Below, in pieces: positions 11,770-21,089 of a stretch of DNA of 33,667 nucleotides. A model generated the notes under the pieces. The model made no database searches and was not told the DNA's origin. It saw nothing but the letters and a program-made list of their open reading frames with translations. Origin of the DNA: Octopus bimaculoides. Lineage: Eukaryota. How positions within the stretch are numbered: position 1 is the stretch's first letter; the number at the start of each line of letters is the position of its first letter. A program made the translations under genes and the position numbers. The stretch lies in assembly GCF_001194135.2 (NCBI RefSeq), contig NC_068998.1, positions 29,297,427 through 29,331,093 on the forward strand. Direction: 5' to 3'.

Positions 11770-11931
11770 AAGAACCCTTTCTTTAATTATGTTCCAAATA
11801 TCACAATATGTTAATAAGTAAAAAGTTACAGTTGTTTAATGAAACTAGTCTAAATTCATGATTATTTTAGAACTTAATTAAAACTCATGAGAGGTGTATT
11901 TTGGTCAGAAATATAATAACGAACAGGTTAA
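11770..11931. mobile_element. piggyBac-type MITE remnant ending at TTAA
   Basis: Ends gaaatataataacgaacaggttaa (GG-TTAA-type terminus) exactly where the LINE below begins; left boundary unclear. Confidence 0.4.
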
Positions 11932-14192
11932 AGACACTTGGTGGAGAAATTTGTCTGAAGAAGTACAAGCAGCCTATGACAGGAAAGACATTAACAGTTT
12001 CTATAGTTTATTGCGGCAAGCTTTTGGACCGCAATCTTCATCATCAAATGTTCCCTTGAAGTCGAAAGATGGAAATGAGGTTATTAAAGATCCTCCTGCA
12101 ATAATGAATAGATGGAGTGAACACTTTGCAGAACTTTTCCACAATCCATCTATAGTGAACATGGATATCACAAACAACATTCTGCAAAAAGAGAGAGTGC
12201 AATACATGGATGATACACCTTCCACTGAAGAAGTAAATCTGGCATTATGTAAACTGAGATTAGGTAAAGCTCCTGGGTTGGATGGTATTCCAATTGAAAT
12301 TCTGAAAGCAGGTGAGGATCATATTTCATCTGAAATCCATAGCCTGATAACTCGAGTTTGAAATGAATCTTTTGTGCCAAAAGAATGGATAAATGACATT
12401 CTAACCTCCATATACAAGGGTAAGGGCCCAAAAGCAGTGTGTGGTAATTCTAGGGGGGATATTTCTCCTGGCACATACCAGGAAGATACTTTCAAGGATC
12501 ATGTTAGACCGTCTTGAGAATATGTGTCCACAGGTGATTCCTGAAGAGCAGTGTGGTTTCAGACCTGAACGAGGAACAATGGACATAATATTTTCTGAGG
12601 CAGGTTCAGAAATGCTTAGAGGAACAAATGCCACTATACCAGTTCTTCATCGATTTAACTAAGGTATTTGACACAATAAACAGGCACTGTGGATTGTTTT
12701 GTGTAAACTTGGTCGCCCAACACATTTTGGGAGCATTTTTAAGGAACTACACAGAAATATGAAAGCTCAGGTAGTCTTTAATGGTGAGCTATCTCATGAA
12801 TTTTCAGTGGATTGAAACAGGGTAATCGGAGTCAGATTTTGGACATCTGGTCGTATTTTTAATTTGACCCAGTTTAACTGCAAAGCAAAGACTTTCAAAA
12901 TACTTGTTAGAGAATTACTTTATGCTGATGATGCTGATTTGTTGGTACACTCAGAGGGGGATATGGGACATTTAATGGACAGATTTTCCACTGCATGTGT
13001 ACATTTCAGACTCACAATTAGTTTGGGGAAAACCAAAGTAATGTTTACTCTTGTGCTAGGACAAACATATTCTGAACCAAACATTTTTGTGAATGAAACA
13101 AGGTCAGAAATCACTGACACCTTTGTTTACCTAGGAAGTACACTGTTAAGAGATAGTAGTCTTGATGCAGATATATACTATCAAATAGGGAATTGAAGTG
13201 TTGCATTTGGAAAGCTCAAAAAGCGAATATGGGTGGATAGAGGTATTCCCTTGCAGACAAAAATCAGTGTCTATAAAGTGTGTGTATTGTCTGCACTTCT
13301 TTATTCAAGTGAGACATGGACCACTTACAAGCATCACATAAAAATGCTCAAGAGATTTCATGAAAAGTGCCTCAGACATATCTCAGGACTCAAGTGGGAA
13401 CATTTCATACCAGGTACAGAGGTTTGGCACATGGCACATTGCAGCCCAATTGAACAACATGTTATCTTGGCCCAAATGAGATGGACTGGACATGTTATTA
13501 GAATGAAAGACGAACATTTGCCAAAGCATCTTTTTTATGGTGAGCTCAACTCTGGTAAGCCAAGGAAAAGGTATAAAGACTGTGTGAAGGAAAACCTGAA
13601 GAAACTAGATATGAACAAAAGTGATTGGGAAAACGATGTTCTAGATTGGAACAAGTGGAGAGGTGCTGTTAGGACTGGCTGCAATGCCTGGGAGGAAAAG
13701 ATGATGCAGCGCTCTGAACTTCAAAGGACCTGTTGCAAAGGAACAGTTAGAACTGTAATACATATGTATTATATAGTATATACATATAATACATGTGTAT
13801 GTATGATATGATCGTGTTCTGTTGTCAAAAGCAGGATATGTGAACCATAGGAAGTCACATGAAAATCATAATGCCTAGATAGGTAATGATCTTAAACACC
13901 AACCATCTCTTACAACTTGTGTCATATGTCAAAAAAACTTGTAAGACAATACCTGGACTTAAAAGACATACGCTAGTTCACAAAAAACATTCTTTCAGAA
14001 TCAGATTCCAAAAGGAAAAGATATAGAAGAAACTTGAATAATATCTGTCACTTGTGTTTTAAATCCTGTCAGTCAGCAGCTGGTCTTAAAAGTCATCTAA
14101 GGGCTCATCAACAGAGGGATTGTGCTGTGTGATATGTGTAGTGTGTGTGTTGATGGAACGACTATCATCTCTCAAGATGAAACAATCATCAT
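11932..14192 (+). mobile_element. 5'-truncated RTE/BovB-like LINE (RT plus three C-terminal C2H2 zinc fingers), pseudogenised
   Basis: WWRNLSEEVQAAYDRKD, GKAPGLDGIPIEILK, PEEQCGFRPERGTMD, LLYADDADL, FVYLGS, LLYSSETWT, QMRWTGHVIRM, LFYGEL; C2H2 motifs at about 13800-13860, 13918-13981 and 14046-14108; ends in atcatcat. Confidence 0.9.
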
Positions 14193-14214
14193 ATGTATAT
14201 ATATGTATATTTAT

Positions 14215-14358
14215 ATGTGTGTGTGTGTGTTTACATCCCCCGTAACTCAGCCGTTTGGCAAAACACTCCGATACAATAAGTACTAGGCTTACAAAGAATA
14301 AATCCTGGGGTCAATTCCTTCAACTAAACAAGTTGAAACAAGTAAAACAGTAAAAAAC
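14215..14358 (+). mobile_element. SINE 3' body/tail (copy 3, with internal deletion)
   Basis: aataagtactaggcttacaaagaataaatcctggggtcaatt...gaaacaagtaaaacagtaaaa; lacks the ggcggtgctccagcatgg block. Confidence 0.75.
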
Positions 14359-14402
14359 CTATGCCATTTTAATCCTGAGCAATGCCGAGTATCTCTGCTA
14401 GT
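14359..14402 (+). mobile_element. Helitron-type 3' terminus (decayed hairpin followed by CTAG-T)
   Basis: ctatgccattttaatcctgagcaatgccgagtatctctgctagt; a second copy lies reverse-complemented at 29863-29906. Hairpin close upstream of CTRR, then T, is the canonical Helitron 3' end. Confidence 0.65.
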
Positions 14403-14679
14403 ATTCTATATTTTTGAAGCAGTGTATCATGGCTGAACACCCTTCCTGATGGCAACCCTTTTAGTTGCTACACACGATATGCAAGAAGTGTCATGAAGAT
14501 GACATATGGTTATATATATGTGTCCATGTGTGTCTATTGCACAGGTTTCATTGTTATTCCAGAAGTGTAATGTAATGGTTTGGTAGAAGCAACATTGTTG
14601 ACAAAACACCTTGCCAAATTTATTCCACCTATGTTCTGACTATAAATTCTGCTGTGGTCAACTTTACAGCTTTGTGACT

Positions 14680-14879
14680 ATCTTTTAGCTTTTACTTGTT
14701 TCAGTCATTAGATTGCAACCATGTTGAGGCACCACCTTGAAGAATTATTCTATTGGTGTCTTTTACCAAACAGTTAAGTTATGGGGATGTAAACACATCG
14801 ACACCAGTTGTTGAGCAGTGGTCGGGAAGAAATACAGATACAAAGACACACACACACACACACACACACACAATCACAC

Positions 14880-14920
<41 letters not shown>

Positions 14921-15239
14921 NNNNNNNNNNNNNNNNNNNNNNNNNNNNNNNNNNNNNNNNNNNNNNNNNNNNNNNNNNNNNNNNNNNNNNNNNNNNNNNN
15001 NNNNNNNNNNNNNNNNNNNNNNNNNNNNNNNNNNNNNNNNNNNNNNNNNNNNNATATATTATAAATTAACTACCAACAACAGGCTCCTTTCTGTTTCTGT
15101 CTGCCAAATCCACTCACAAAGCTTTGGTCAGCCTGAGGCTATAGAAAACACATTTGCCTCAGGTGCCATGCATTAGGACTGAACCCAGAACCATGTGATT
15201 GGGAAACAAGCTTCTTACCATACAGACATGCCTGTGCCT
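14680..15239 (-). mobile_element. Apparently complete tRNA-derived SINE with an internal microsatellite spanning a gap
   Basis: Minus-strand head aggcacaggcatgtctgtatggtaagaagc (A-box-like, 15218-15228) and gggttcagtcc (B-box-like, 15176-15186); central domain gctttgtgagtggatttggcagac; (TA)n/(TG)n; then the tail family seen at 41-252. Confidence 0.75.
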
Positions 15240-15404
15240 ATATCCCATTTTTGTTTTTCTGAAAAAGGTTAGCACTTTTCTCAACAAATCTCCTCTTCTG
15301 AAGAAGGTGGGAATAAACCTGGAACCATGTTATTGGGATCTTACCACACAGCCATGACTGAACCTATGTTAGAAATTATTATTTTCCCAAGGGTATGTGT
15401 TTTC

Positions 15405-15478
15405 ATACACACACACGTACGTACGTACGTCCGTACGTACGTACGTATGTATGTATGTATGTATGCATGTATGTATAC
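15405..15478. repeat. (CA)n(CGTA)n(TGTA)n compound microsatellite
   Basis: Direct reading. Confidence 0.9.
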
Positions 15479-15535
15479 AATCAACATAAAAGTTATATCT
15501 TTTATACAAGAATAAGTGTTGAAGAAAATACTTAC

Positions 15536-15566
15536 TGCTTCATCATCTGTGGTATCTGAAACTAAT
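15536..15566 (-). CDS. Internal coding micro-exon of host gene (1 nt + LVSDTTDDEA; phase 2 to 0)
   Basis: ttttatttttttttttcctcag|A TTA GTT...GAA GCA|gtaagt; only one frame is open and it matches both neighbours. Confidence 0.8.
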
Positions 15567-15749
15567 CTGAGGAAAAAAAAAAATAAAAGCAAAATTTCTA
15601 AATATCAAATGGATTATCATCTCATCATAGGCAAATTTCAAATGAAAGTGACTCTCCAACAACAAATTCAAAACATGGTTTATACACATTAACACTGATA
15701 TCACCAATTAGTCTATGTATTTACATTGTTTTAAGATGGTTGTAAATGT

Positions 15750-15972
15750 TTAACCCTGAAGCATTTAAACCAACCATATCCAGCCAAAATATTCTGCCTG
15801 TTTTGTGTTGAAACTGGCAAGATCAAGCCTGCCACACTACAATGTCATTCTAAAAATAAACAATCTTGCCATCAAAATTTTGAAGCTACAAGACAATGCA
15901 TGATTAATTCAAAACAATGTGAATAAATATGCATTATGTTTGACAGAGTAATCGGTATGCTAAAGAGTTTAA
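15750..15972. mobile_element. piggyBac-type MITE with TTAA target sites
   Basis: ttaa|ccctgaagcat...atgctaaagagt|ttaa; imperfect TIRs (consensus CCCTTTAGCAT). Confidence 0.7.
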
Positions 15973-16799
15973 CATAGCCTACATGGTAAAACAAGCATGA
16001 CAACCAATACATTTCTCTTGTTAGACTTTTTATATTTGTAGAGGTCCATTATTACATCATTAATAGTAAGCAATTAGAGAAGAGGCTGCATTCATGGTCA
16101 AGAATAACCATACAAACAAATATCTATTTTCATACATTTATTATCTTTAGCTTTTCATATCTCACATATGTACAGAAGTGTATTTATATAATGCTGAAGA
16201 ATATTTCATAGTGTTTGTGAGCAGTACTTGAAGATTTACTACGTGGAAGAGGTAGAGAATTTTCTTATTAAATTTGTTATGTTGCATGTGTTGTACATTA
16301 TTACAGAAATAAGAGAAAATAGAGCAGATAATTAGATGGATGGATAGATGTCAACATTGAAATGCAAGGATAATGAACCTTTGTCAAACACGTATTTATA
16401 GAGTATTATATAAAGGCAACGAGAAGAGGTAAAAGCACATTTTATAGAACAAAGTGGACTTCAAATTACAACTTTATATAAAGCTGGGCAAGACTTTCCA
16501 GAAACTTTAAATTGCAAATTATCAGGAAATTTACATAATCTATTGATAAATGCCAGCTTATTGGGTTGTAAACATTAACAGGGGTGTTCTGTTTTCTCAA
16601 AGGGTTAACTATGCCTTTTATGGATTAATGTGTAAGTTGTGGCTTCTAGGTGGAAATTCATCGAAGATGGTTTGAATTTAGCCATGCTCTCACTACATAT
16701 TTTTACATGACTGTTTTTTTGGCAGGTTTGATTAGAAAATATGATGCTGACAATGTTCAATAAACCAAAACATGTCCATAATTGTTTCTTGCCAGCATA

Positions 16800-17018
16800 T
16801 ACAAGGGAGTGTTGGAAAATTCCTGGCTTTGAGTAAAAGAAAATACAGGGGCATCAGTTAATTATGATTTTATCGAACATATTCCACTCTCAGATTCACA
16901 CTTTTTACAGCAGTCCTTCAGTTTTTCTAAGACCTGTAAAAGAACTCAAAAGGTTGGACCTCTAACCAGGCTTTTTGCAACACCCTCAAAACCAGGAGCT
17001 TTTCAGCACCCACTCATA
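16800..17018. mobile_element. Tc1/mariner-type MITE with about 27-bp TIRs and TA ends
   Basis: Left tacaagggagtgttggaaaattcctgg; reverse complement of right end tatgagtgggtgctgaaaagctcctgg; no coding capacity. Confidence 0.75.
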
Positions 17019-17392
17019 AATCAACTTTGGGGCATTAATTCTTAATTTCTTCAAATTATCTCCCCTTTCCTCTGAGATTATCAAACAATTACTGTTAGAT
17101 CTTTTTTTTCTGTCTCAAGCTAAGAGAGAAATTTCAATAAATTGATGTATTGCACATGGCATTCAATATAGTAACCCTTAAGTTAATGAAACAATGAAAG
17201 TTAAATTTGTTTCCCAAAGATATTTGTGATGCATTATTGGCAAACTAAAGCCCTTAATATGGTCTTATAAAACTCAAAACACTGCAAAATGTCTTGCATA
17301 TAAAAATGAAAATAGTTTAATTATTCAGAATTTTAAGCTATATATTTAAACCACAAAAAGTCTATGATAAGATTTAAAAGGGTAATACTTAC

Positions 17393-17472
17393 AGTTTATT
17401 ACTGTTCTTTAATTTCTGCTCCTTTCTGGAATCACTGAAATCTTTAGCCTTATTTTGGGAAGTGTTTCCATT
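17393..17472 (-). CDS. Internal coding exon of host gene (NGNTSQNKAKDFSDSRKEQKLKNSNK + CT; phase 0 to 2)
   Basis: ttttatctttgtttag|AAT...AAACT|gtaagt; 80 nt; trailing CT plus the leading A of the 15566 exon gives CTA (Leu). Confidence 0.8.
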
Positions 17473-17736
17473 CTAAACAAAGATAAAATAAACACATGTA
17501 TAAATTTTCTAAAAAACAAAAAAAAGTTAGGCTTAGAAACAGTGAGTGCATGTTCACTGATTAAAATGAGGGAGGTGAGCAATGAGAATACTTTGAACAT
17601 CTTGTGTTTGCACCCACCTAAGCAAATTTCATTCCTTTGCTTGTGATAATTTTCAATATAAGATATGTGAATATGAAAGGAATGATAACAGTGTTTGTGT
17701 ATGTGTTGAAAACATGAATTTAATAAATTATATGAC

Positions 17737-17757
17737 CTTCTCAAGATCATGTGCTTG
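17737..17757 (-). CDS. Candidate 21-nt coding micro-exon (QAHDLEK; phase 0 to 0)
   Basis: cttgtccctagtgcttgtacctctacag|CAAGCACATGATCTTGAGAAG|gtcata; good acceptor, weak donor; frame-preserving. Confidence 0.5.
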
Positions 17758-18359
17758 CTGTAGAGGTACAAGCACTAGGGACAAGTATGAAGGAAACAGG
17801 ATAACACATAGGATATAGACAAGAATATGAAATGTAATGAAGGCAGTTGAGTAAAAGCACCACAAAAGTAATAGAGAACATCTTGATTGAAATATAAAAT
17901 GAAGTATAACAAAAATTGAGGCTAACAGGTAAATTATTCTTTTACTAGTGGGACCCATGAATATTTCATGGAATTAATGGTAAACCTATTGGGGTATTTC
18001 TGAAAACTTTATCCAAAAAACCTGAAAGTGTAGCCTATGTTGTGATGCATTATTGGCAAACTGGAAAGTGAAAGAAATTGGAATACGACGATTACTTAAT
18101 GCACTTTATATATTTTATGCACAATTTTATAGACTTAATACACAGCACTCAGAAAATAAATATTTACTCTTATTTTTCCATTTTTCCCATAAACAATAAA
18201 AAAAATATCCCGTACATGACACGTTTAATTAAACTGCATATATCTGCCACATAAATAAGTGTGAATATTTCACAGAATTGCACTTATGCACATGCATTAA
18301 GTGAGAGGTGATTTTTAAAAATTAGTTCAATTTTTAAAAAAATACACTTTTTCACTCTC

Positions 18360-18785
18360 CAATTACCACCTCCACCACCACCACCACCATCATCATTATC
18401 TCTCTCTCTCTCTCTCTCCTTCTCTCTGCCTGTCTTTAACCTCACTATCAGAACATCACCCCTCTGCAAAAATTATATTTTTAACTCTCCTCCTCTACCC
18501 TCAACTAACTTTTTTAACTACATAATAAATATAATGTCCCCCCGACCTCACATCATGGATGCTTCTCTCTTTGTCTCACTCGTAGCTTTATCCTCTTTTT
18601 CTCTCCCCTTTTTCTTTCTCCTCTCTTTCCCTTCAACTAATCACATGAAAGTGTTACAATTACATTCCCTCAACCTCACATCATGGATGCTTCTCTCTTC
18701 CTCTTTTTCTCTAATCAGATTGGCTGACAGAAAGCATTACCGATGGGCGAAGTAATGCAATGACATTCAGAATTATTATAAGACT
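18360..18785 (-). mobile_element. Probable non-autonomous element (possible Helitron 5' end) with internal repeats
   Basis: Minus strand begins tcttataataattctgaatg (5'-TC-like); 26-bp direct repeat acctcacatcatggatgcttctctct near 18545 and 18673; (CAC)n/(CT)n tracts. No matching 3' CTAG end found. Confidence 0.3.
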
Positions 18786-19020
18786 GCAAAAAATGTTTTA
18801 AAACTACTCACCTATGTTATCATGGAACAAGAGACATTAAAAAACATATTAACAACTAAACCTAAGGAACAAGTAAACTTTTTACAAATACTATCAAGTT
18901 TGACATGTTTATCATTTTTGCCTACTCAACTGCTTACTTTACATCAAAGTTGTAATAAGCTAGAAAACAGACAGGACTCTCTTCTTGTCAGGTAAGTGAT
19001 CCTGCATGAGATATATATGT

Positions 19021-19308
19021 AAGAAAGGCTTAGGCCAGAATTCCATACAGTGTACACAGGAGGTGCAGTGGAATCATAGGAAGATAAAGAGACACAAATC
19101 TTTGTATATGGAAGATGTGTAGGAACAATAAACATTAATGACACATGGGAAATAGATTTTCTGAAATGCCCAGGGTTCCCTAGAGGTAATGAATAGTGTC
19201 TGCTGTGTAAGTAATCTAATTAGCAGTGGATGAGGATGTCCTGAAAGTATCAATGCTAGAATAAGATGGAGAAATTTCAGAGAGCTGTTACCTCTGCTTT
19301 CTAACAAG

Positions 19309-19310
<2 letters not shown>
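19021..19310 (+). mobile_element. Decayed RTE fragment (PHD remnant and following RT segment)
   Basis: RKGLGQNSIQCT...HRRCSGIIGR; gattttctgaaatgcc shared with about 29556-29575; ARIRWRNFRELLPLL. Confidence 0.65.

Positions 19311-19366
<56 letters not shown>
19311..19366. repeat. (CT)n microsatellite
   Basis: Direct reading. Confidence 0.95.
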
Positions 19367-19367
<1 letters not shown>

Positions 19368-19511
19368 AGTGAAATACATTGTATGATGCTTGTAATATAA
19401 ACAGCATACTACATACGAGTGAAACATGGATCCTGAATATAGAGGATAGGTGAAGTCTAAAGAGAAATGAAGCTAGCATGTTCCATTAGATGTGCAATGT
19501 CAGTGTGATTG

Positions 19512-20405
19512 TCATCATCATCGTTTAACATCCACTTTTAATGTTGGCATGGACTGGACAGTTTGACATGGAGCTAGCCAGCTACCCAGATTCCAAAGTC
19601 TGTTGTGGCATGGTTTCTATGGCTGGATGCCCTTCTTAACACCAACCACTTATCAGAGTAATCTGGGCGCTTTTTACATGCTGCCGGATGGGTGTGTTTA
19701 GGGAGCACCAGCATGGATATGTTTACACAGCACCAGCACAAGTGCTTTTTATATGGCACCAACACCTGAAAGGACAAGCCTGTATGTGTGGAAGACAGTG
19801 ATTTTACTTAGCTTGATGTGCCTTATCAAGTACAGCAAATCACGACATCTCCTGATCCTTTGTCATTTCCTCGGTGAGGTCCAGTATCCGAAGATCCTTT
19901 CTCACCACTTCGTCCCATATCTTCTTGGGTCTACCCCTTCCACAGGTACCCTCCACAGTTAGAGCTCGGCACTTCTTTGCACAGCTGTCCTCAGTGCAGT
20001 CTTTTCTCTTACATACAATATCTGATGTCTCTTATATCCAGTCTTCCTCTTAAATCATTTACACTGTCATGCATGCACACTACCCATCCAGTGGAGCATG
20101 CTAACTTCATTTTCTTTCAAGCCTTCACAAGTCCTCTGTAGTCAAATACCATATTTCACTGCCATGTAGCATAGCTACATGCACAAAGGCATCATACAAT
20201 CTGCCTTTCACTCTGAGGGAGAGGCTCTTAGTTACCAACAAAAGTAGAAGCTCACTGAACGATGCCCAGCCCATTCTTATTCTAACAACTACACTTTCAG
20301 AATTTCCTCCACCACTGATAACTTAGTCTCCTAGGTAACAGAACTTATCTACTACTTCTAATGATCCTCCTGAGTATTTGAAGAAGTCTATTGTCTGTGC
20401 ATTTT
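19512..20405 (-). mobile_element. 5'-truncated RTE LINE (C-terminus, 3' UTR and tail) on the minus strand
   Basis: tcatcatcatcgtttaacatcc tail at about 19512; reverse complement aligns to the RTE C-terminal region (RVKGRLYDA, AMLHGSE, GRGRPKK.WDEVVRKDL). Confidence 0.8.
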
Positions 20406-20566
20406 GATATATTTCTCTAATTTTGTCACAGATTGGCTGACCGAAAATTCTAAGATTTTTACATTCTATCTACTATTAATTTGCTATTTCATTAAAATTA
20501 TGTTTCACAAGAATCCCAAAAGAATTATCTCTCTCCTCCTCCTCGTGCTCTATCCTAACACTGGCA

Positions 20567-20587
20567 TTCTCTCTCTCTCTCTCTCTA

Positions 20588-20648
<61 letters not shown>
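20567..20648. repeat. (CT)n/(CTGT)n microsatellite
   Basis: Direct reading. Confidence 0.95.
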
Positions 20649-20652
<4 letters not shown>

Positions 20653-21089
20653 CGATGACCACTTGCTTCTCCAATCACTTACCTCCTCCTCCACCATCCC
20701 ACTCTATATAAACTTGCTCTCTTGGATTCCTACTACGTTTCAATAACCCTGCCAAAAGAATACAAAGCCAGAAGATGTTCAGGTAAGGAATCTTGCTTTT
20801 TTCAACTCAGTACATCTATCACCTCTATTTCAGCGCAGATCATAATTCCCTCTTAGTTCTGTAAACATAGTTTTTGCCTTACATCTTAAAAACAAACTTA
20901 AGTTCACACGATTACCCTTATTGTCACTTACTCAAGCGTCTATTTACTTTTGTCACATCGTCAGTTATTCATTTCTCTAATTTTGTCACAGATTGGCTGA
21001 CCGAAAATTCTAAGAGTTTTAAATTCTATCTACTATTAATATGCCATTCCTAACACCGGTATTGCTGTTTCACAGTTCGCCCTCACTTC

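Noticed and set aside
18812-18861. Minus-strand exon candidate with a gtgagt donor
   Set aside because: Stop codons in all three frames.
18938-18959. 22-nt minus-strand exon candidate (YYNFDV; ttttctag / gtaagc)
   Set aside because: The only open frame is phase 1 to 2, incompatible with the phase-0 neighbours unless further exons exist.
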